NCBI GenBank assembly: GCA_965197745.1
Contig: CBDANS010000007.1
Location: 672,001-736,000, forward strand
DNA: 64,000 bases
DNA from: Opitutales bacterium
Lineage (GTDB): Bacteria > Verrucomicrobiota > Verrucomicrobiia > Opitutales > PNEW01
Reading direction: 5' to 3'
In this document: positions 59,440 to 64,000 of the stretch, in pieces
Numbering within the stretch: the first letter of the stretch is position 1
Layout of the letters: each line of letters begins with the position of its first letter
The notes under the pieces: generated by a model
Databases searched by the model: none
The model's input: the letters and a program-made list of their open reading frames with translations, nothing else
What the model was told of the DNA's origin: nothing
Program-made: the position numbers and the translations under genes

Positions 59440-60603
59440 ATGTCAGTTATTCTGGAGGACAAGAAAGAGAAAAAATCCAATGTCCGGTCCTATCGTAATA
59501 CGGCCAGTCAGCCCTATGATTACGAATCGACCCTGGTCAGCATTGTTCTGACTCTCTTGATTCACCTCTTGGTCTATTGGATTATTCCAAAAAATATTGC
59601 GGTGTCCTTCGAGGAAAGCGGCAGAAAAAATGAAGTGGAATATGTATTTGAAGAGTTTAAAGAAGAGCCCGATACCGAGACGATGCGCTTTGTCGAAACC
59701 AATCCTGATGTCCCCACGAATGTGCCGGATAATACAATTAATATTGCTGCCCGTGACCAACAGGCAGCACAGCCTGATCCTTCCGAAATTGGTGATGAAG
59801 CGACACCTTTCCTCAACGGAGAGGAGGAGTTATCTCCTAAAATTCTGACGGGCAGACTGCCCTCACAATCGCAGCCAATTGTTGCCCCTTATCAAGAAGC
59901 ATCTGCATCTCAGGAATCACCGCAAAGCAGTTTATCATCGGTAGAAGATGGCGTAACTATGGTTGCTCCACAACCGCCACCAATTCCAGACTTCATTGAT
60001 CAGGAGCCCGAGATTGAAGATGGGCTGGCGAGCAGGTTGGAACCTGGGGAAGGAAAGGTTCCTACGGAGGAGGACTCGGATCAAAAACATATCAATCTTA
60101 ACCTCAGTCCCATTAATTCAGATAGCGTGGATCCACTGCAGCCTGGTGCTCAACCGCAAGTAGCCAGTGTGAATTCGCAGTCACAACCGCAATTACCGCG
60201 TCCCCGCCCAAGACTTTCTTCCGATGTCTTGCCGGGTCCTACGATGAAATCAATGACCGGGGTATCAGGCCTGGGAATGATTTCGATCGAAGCCAAATTC
60301 AGTGAATATGGTGATTATCTCCAGCGTATGTATGAAGCGATAGGCTATCAATGGTTATTGCTTGCCAATCAAACACGCCGGGCTGCTGCCCAAATTTCCT
60401 CCCGCGTTATTCTTGATTTTGTGATCTTTAAAAATGGGGAGATTAAAGACCTTCAAGTTATTCATTCCACCGCCGGCCAGACAGCTACGCTTATCTGCAA
60501 AGATGCGGTTCAATCGCGCACGCCCTTTGGTAAGTGGACTGAGGAAATGGTTCGGACCCTGGGAGACGAACAGGAGATTCGGGTGACATTTATTTATCAA
60601 TGA
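59440..60603 (+). CDS. TonB/TolA-like protein (single TM, Pro/acidic linker, C-terminal domain)
   Basis: TM segment SIVLTLLIHLL containing His; long P/E/S/Q-rich region; C-terminal YLQRMYEAI...W...FVIFKNGEI...PFGKW...VTFIY. Confidence 0.7.
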   Translation: MSVILEDKKEKKSNVRSYRNTASQPYDYESTLVSIVLTLLIHLLVYWIIPKNIAVSFEESGRKNEVEYVFEEFKEEPDTETMRFVETNPDVPTNVPDNTINIAARDQQAAQPDPSEIGDEATPFLNGEEELSPKILTGRLPSQSQPIVAPYQEASASQESPQSSLSSVEDGVTMVAPQPPPIPDFIDQEPEIEDGLASRLEPGEGKVPTEEDSDQKHINLNLSPINSDSVDPLQPGAQPQVASVNSQSQPQLPRPRPRLSSDVLPGPTMKSMTGVSGLGMISIEAKFSEYGDYLQRMYEAIGYQWLLLANQTRRAAAQISSRVILDFVIFKNGEIKDLQVIHSTAGQTATLICKDAVQSRTPFGKWTEEMVRTLGDEQEIRVTFIYQ

Positions 60604-61374
60604 GACTTACGCTGGAAATAAAGGGAGCCGATTTGCCGCTGGGTCCAGGGGTGACAGTCAACAATGCCCATTCTTGCGGATTGATTGCTTTTAATAAGCC
60701 TGATGGTATCCGCTCTCATCCCAACACGGAAAAAGTGGATCAACGCGCTCTGTTGACCTGTTTATACGATTTGAAGCAGCAATATTACTCTTGGGTATTG
60801 CCAGATGGAAAAGAGAAAAAAATGTACTTACTGAACCGTTTGGATTCACCCGCATCCGGATTGATTATAGGTGCGACAACGCGTGAGCTTGCTGAATATG
60901 TGAAGAATTGTTTTCTTAATAAAAAGATTGATAAACTTTACCATGCGATCGTTTTTAACAGTCGGCTAAAAATTAATAGTCCCTGGCGTGACACTATTAA
61001 AGTTACAAGGAAAAGCGGTAAGCTTCGTTCCCAGGTGGATTCCCCTCAAGGCGATTTCGCTCTTACCCACGTTCGCCTGTCGAGTTCTCCTTCTGAAAAT
61101 TCTAATTGCGCTCTTATAGAATTACGACCCGTAACCGGGCGCACCCATCAACTGCGTGTTCAGTGCGCAAAAAGAAAATTTCCCATAGTCGGCGACAGTA
61201 CATATGGCGACTTTCGTCTTAATCGAGAGCTGCAAAAAATTACGGGGCAGCAAACGGCTCTTTTTGCATGCCAGTCATATTCGCATTCCATTGGAGGATG
61301 ATAAAGAGACGGATTATTTTGAAGCGGAATCTAAATTGCCGCCAGTATTTTACAATTTGATAAATAAGCATTAA
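60600..61374 (+). pseudogene. RluA-family RNA pseudouridine synthase with a 1-nt frameshift near 61244 (pseudogene or sequencing error)
   Basis: NKPDG, NRLD, TGRTHQLRV and PIVGDSTYG are in frame. The conserved tail GSKRLFLHASHIRIP...LPPVF continues in another frame to TAA at 61372-61374. Confidence 0.85.
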
Positions 61375-61545
61375 AGCATGTCCCAACGCGGGGAGAAGTG
61401 TAACTGTATTATTAAAGTCACCTACTTTAAATATGAATTGAAGAGACGATCCCTCACGGGAAAGATCCGAGCTGAAGCTGGTATTCATAAGCACCATGTT
61501 TACTCGCCTGGAATGGAAGATGTCGTCCCGCTACAGGGGGACTCG

Positions 61546-61670
61546 GTAGCTTCGTCATTTTGCTCCTCGCAATGACAATAGGAGTGAAACCTGTAAGAAC
61601 ATATTTAGAAAATACTATCAATTTAATAATTTGTCATTGCGAGACCTGCAACCGCAGGACGAAGCAATCC
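61546..61670. repeat. Inverted pair of TGTC-type REP-like palindromes
   Basis: TGTCATTGCGAGACCTGCAACCGCAGGACGAAGCAATCC (61632-61670) versus the reverse complement of 61545-61577, TGTCATTGCGAGGAGCAAAATGACGAAGCTACC. Confidence 0.8.
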
Positions 61671-61895
61671 AGGCGAATGTCTATTGCCTGTCCTTGGCCT
61701 ACGGAGGGTAGGGTTTACCCTTAATCGAACGATTGCCAGTTTACAAATCCAGATAGCCACGCGTTGTCGCAGCCGTATAGGAGCCTGAATAAATGATAGG
61801 CCGCTATCTAAATGGAAGCACAAAGACCAAGATGATGACGTTGACGAAGACGAAGATAAACTATTTTTTAATACCAATCCACTCGAATCAGGACA

Positions 61896-62948
61896 ATGAT
61901 TATACCCAAAGTAGATAGACTTTCAGACCAGCAACTCCACGAGATTGAAGCGATCGTTGGTGATTTTGGATGTCGTATTCAAGTCATCATTGGTGAACAT
62001 AGAAATATTTACGCTATTATCGGTGACGAGCGTAGCGAACTGATGGTCAACCGCCTGGTTGGACTCGATTACGTCGACCGTGTCGATCGCATGGAGTCGG
62101 TCTATAAATTGATGGATGTTCACTCTGAACTTTCCCATCACGAAATAACTATCGGAGGTAATATACTGGGAAAAAAGCTTTTTGTCACAGCAGGACTTTG
62201 CACAATTGACCCGCAAAATCCGCATTATTTTCTTGAGACCGCGCAAGCGGTAAAGGAGGCAGGTGCGCACGCTATCCGTGGCGGTATATGGAAGCCCCGT
62301 ACCACACCTCATTCTTTTCAGGGTGACAGTAAATCCATGGAAATATTGTTAGAGGCGCGTGAGCAAACAGGGTTACCGGCCCTCACTGAAGTGATGGATG
62401 AAGAACAGATAAATATGGCCGTTGAGGCTAACGTTGATATTTTCCAGGTTGGCACCAGAAATGCGCTGAATTACTCACTCCTTAAGCAGATTGGAAAAGC
62501 GACTGCAGGTAGCAGAATAGCGGTTTTCCTCAAGCGCAGCCGTCACATGGGTCCGATTGATGAATATATCTCAGCCGGTGAGTACGTTGTCTCCGGTGGG
62601 AATCCCAATCTTGTATTCTGTCCGCGGGGAACAATGCCAAATCTCGATGGATACCGAAATCATCCTGATGAGTCCATTACCCCGCTTCTCAAAGAAAAAA
62701 CCTGGGCGCCGGTTGTTGTCGATCCCTCGCATGCCGTGGGCCGCGCTGCTTATGTGCCGGCATGTAGCCTGGCCGCAATTGCTTATGGCGCTGACGGCCT
62801 TAACATTGAAACGCATATTAATCCGCCACGAGGTATCGGAGATGATCCCGTCCAAAGCGTGACTCCCGATATATTAGCCGATGTTATAAAAAACGCGGCC
62901 GAATTGTGGAATCTGTCCTCAAGGTATACCCCCTCAAAAGAAATTTAA
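61896..62948 (+). CDS. aroF: 3-deoxy-7-phosphoheptulonate (DAHP) synthase, type I-beta with N-terminal regulatory domain
   Basis: RGGIWKPRTTPHSFQG, QVGTRN, VDPSH, GADGL and ETH motifs. Confidence 0.88.
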   Translation: MIIPKVDRLSDQQLHEIEAIVGDFGCRIQVIIGEHRNIYAIIGDERSELMVNRLVGLDYVDRVDRMESVYKLMDVHSELSHHEITIGGNILGKKLFVTAGLCTIDPQNPHYFLETAQAVKEAGAHAIRGGIWKPRTTPHSFQGDSKSMEILLEAREQTGLPALTEVMDEEQINMAVEANVDIFQVGTRNALNYSLLKQIGKATAGSRIAVFLKRSRHMGPIDEYISAGEYVVSGGNPNLVFCPRGTMPNLDGYRNHPDESITPLLKEKTWAPVVVDPSHAVGRAAYVPACSLAAIAYGADGLNIETHINPPRGIGDDPVQSVTPDILADVIKNAAELWNLSSRYTPSKEI

Positions 62949-62955
62949 TAAATAT

Positions 62956-63162
62956 AAATCATCGTCTTCGTCTGCCTCTTGGTCTTCGTCCTCAATTAAC
63001 TCAATTACTTAAAATAATAGAATAATACCTAAGTCTATTTCTCATACTACCAACGGCCACGACGACGCGTGGCCCTCCAGAAATAGGAAAAAGGTATCAC
63101 GTGTCTTCCAATCGGTTTTTTTCCGAAGGGCCACAACCCAAGACGAAGAAGAAATGAAGATT
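62956..63162. repeat. Dispersed repeat copy (62956-63078) plus an eroded inverted partner (63125-63162), between convergent genes
   Basis: AAATCATCGTCTTCGTCTGCCTCTTGGTCTTCGTCC...ACGGCCACGACGACGCGTGGCCCTCC, then GAAGGGCCAC and CCAAGACGAAGAAGAAATGAAGATT. Confidence 0.9.
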
Positions 63163-63167
63163 CGTTT

Positions 63168-64000
63168 CTAAAATAGGTCCAGCTGATTATTTTCTTCTTT
63201 GGTGTCTTTTGATTTTTTCCTATTTATCATGTGTCGACGAATAAGATTATGGCTGGATTCGTCAGATTCCAGTTTTTGCAGTATTAATTTTGCGCGTTCA
63301 ATTACATTTTTCGGTAACCCGGCGAGTCTCGCCACCTGTATGCCGTAGCTTCGGTCGGAAGCGCCACGAACAACTTGACGCATAAATATAATTTCATCGT
63401 TCCATTCTTTGACCGCGACGCAGTAATTGCGCACCCGTGGATGTTTCTGTTCGAGTTGAGTCAATTCGTGATAATGAGTGGCGAAAAGGGTACGCGGCCC
63501 CCGACTTTCGCTACCATGAAGATATTCAACTACTGACCAGGCTATACTTAATCCATCATAGGTGCTCGTTCCACGACCGATCTCATCGAGTATAATGAGA
63601 CTTTTATTGGTTGTATTGTTAAGGATATTGGCCGTTTCATTCATCTCTACCATAAAGGTGGAATTACCACGCGATAATTCATCACTGGCTCCTACGCGCG
63701 AAAAAATACGGTCGACAAGACCGATTATGCATTTCTTCGCTGGCACCCAGGATCCGGCCTGGGCCATGAGCACAATGAGCGCAACCTGTCGGATGTAAGT
63801 TGACTTGCCAGCCATATTCGGTCCGGTAATCAGGCCTATTTGCTCATTTTCCGAGTCGAGATTTGTGTCATTAGGGACAAAGGCTCGTGTTCCCGCCAGT
63901 CCGTAGAGTTCATTTCGCATCATCTGTTCGACCACGGGGTGACGTCCTTGCTCTATTACCAGGACATCGCTATTGTCTAACTCAGGGCAGTTATAATCCC
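63168..64000 (-). CDS. mutS: DNA mismatch repair protein MutS, 3' part (5' end beyond the window)
   Basis: [40 protein letters not shown] and [11 protein letters not shown] motifs. Confidence 0.97.
   Translation of the reverse strand, partial: DYNCPELDNSDVLVIEQGRHPVVEQMMRNELYGLAGTRAFVPNDTNLDSENEQIGLITGPNMAGKSTYIRQVALIVLMAQAGSWVPAKKCIIGLVDRIFSRVGASDELSRGNSTFMVEMNETANILNNTTNKSLIILDEIGRGTSTYDGLSIAWSVVEYLHGSESRGPRTLFATHYHELTQLEQKHPRVRNYCVAVKEWNDEIIFMRQVVRGASDRSYGIQVARLAGLPKNVIERAKLILQKLESDESSHNLIRRHMINRKKSKDTKEENNQLDLF

Noticed and set aside
57587..60603. TolC plus TonB-like gene as a novel secretion or uptake system
   Set aside because: They are separated by about 490 bp of repeat-filled spacer and no MFP, ABC/RND or ExbBD partner is adjacent, so there is no evidence of functional linkage.
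11277..63162. Dispersed repeats as a CRISPR array
   Set aside because: Copies are kilobases apart, in both orientations and diverged. There is no regular repeat-spacer periodicity and no cas gene.

Overview
Mostly core chromosome of an AT-leaning bacterium, probably Verrucomicrobiota class Opitutia. That placement is inferred from the pseudopilin cassette, gene content and an Opitutae-type surface-protein C-terminal domain. Housekeeping genes dominate: ilvNC, hemC, cobA-hemD, trpF, rho, menA, trxA, scpA, lptD, glgB, tig-clpP-clpX, hisA, serA-plsY-hom-lysC-thrC-cimA, rpoZ-smpB-trmL, hemL, nadE, aroF and mutS. Accessory elements are: a five-gene prepilin cassette; a complete 1632-bp IS1595-family element (25-bp TIRs, 8-bp TSD) carrying passenger ORFs and a full-length in-register antisense ORF; a recent 1060-bp tandem duplication of a sugar-phosphate isomerase/epimerase gene; a chimeric Ig-domain surface protein; a thioester alpha-2-macroglobulin; and a frameshifted RluA gene. 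The most striking unannotated signal is intergenic. A modular dispersed repeat (a (TCGTCT)n tail, an AT-rich arm and a GGAG-footed REP-like hairpin with covarying stems) occurs at about ten loci. It is usually placed just after stop codons in a fixed orientation, forms palindromic doublets, shows permuted modules and carries nested mini-hairpin insertions. No rRNA, tRNA or CRISPR array was recognised. All calls were made by eye, without database searches.
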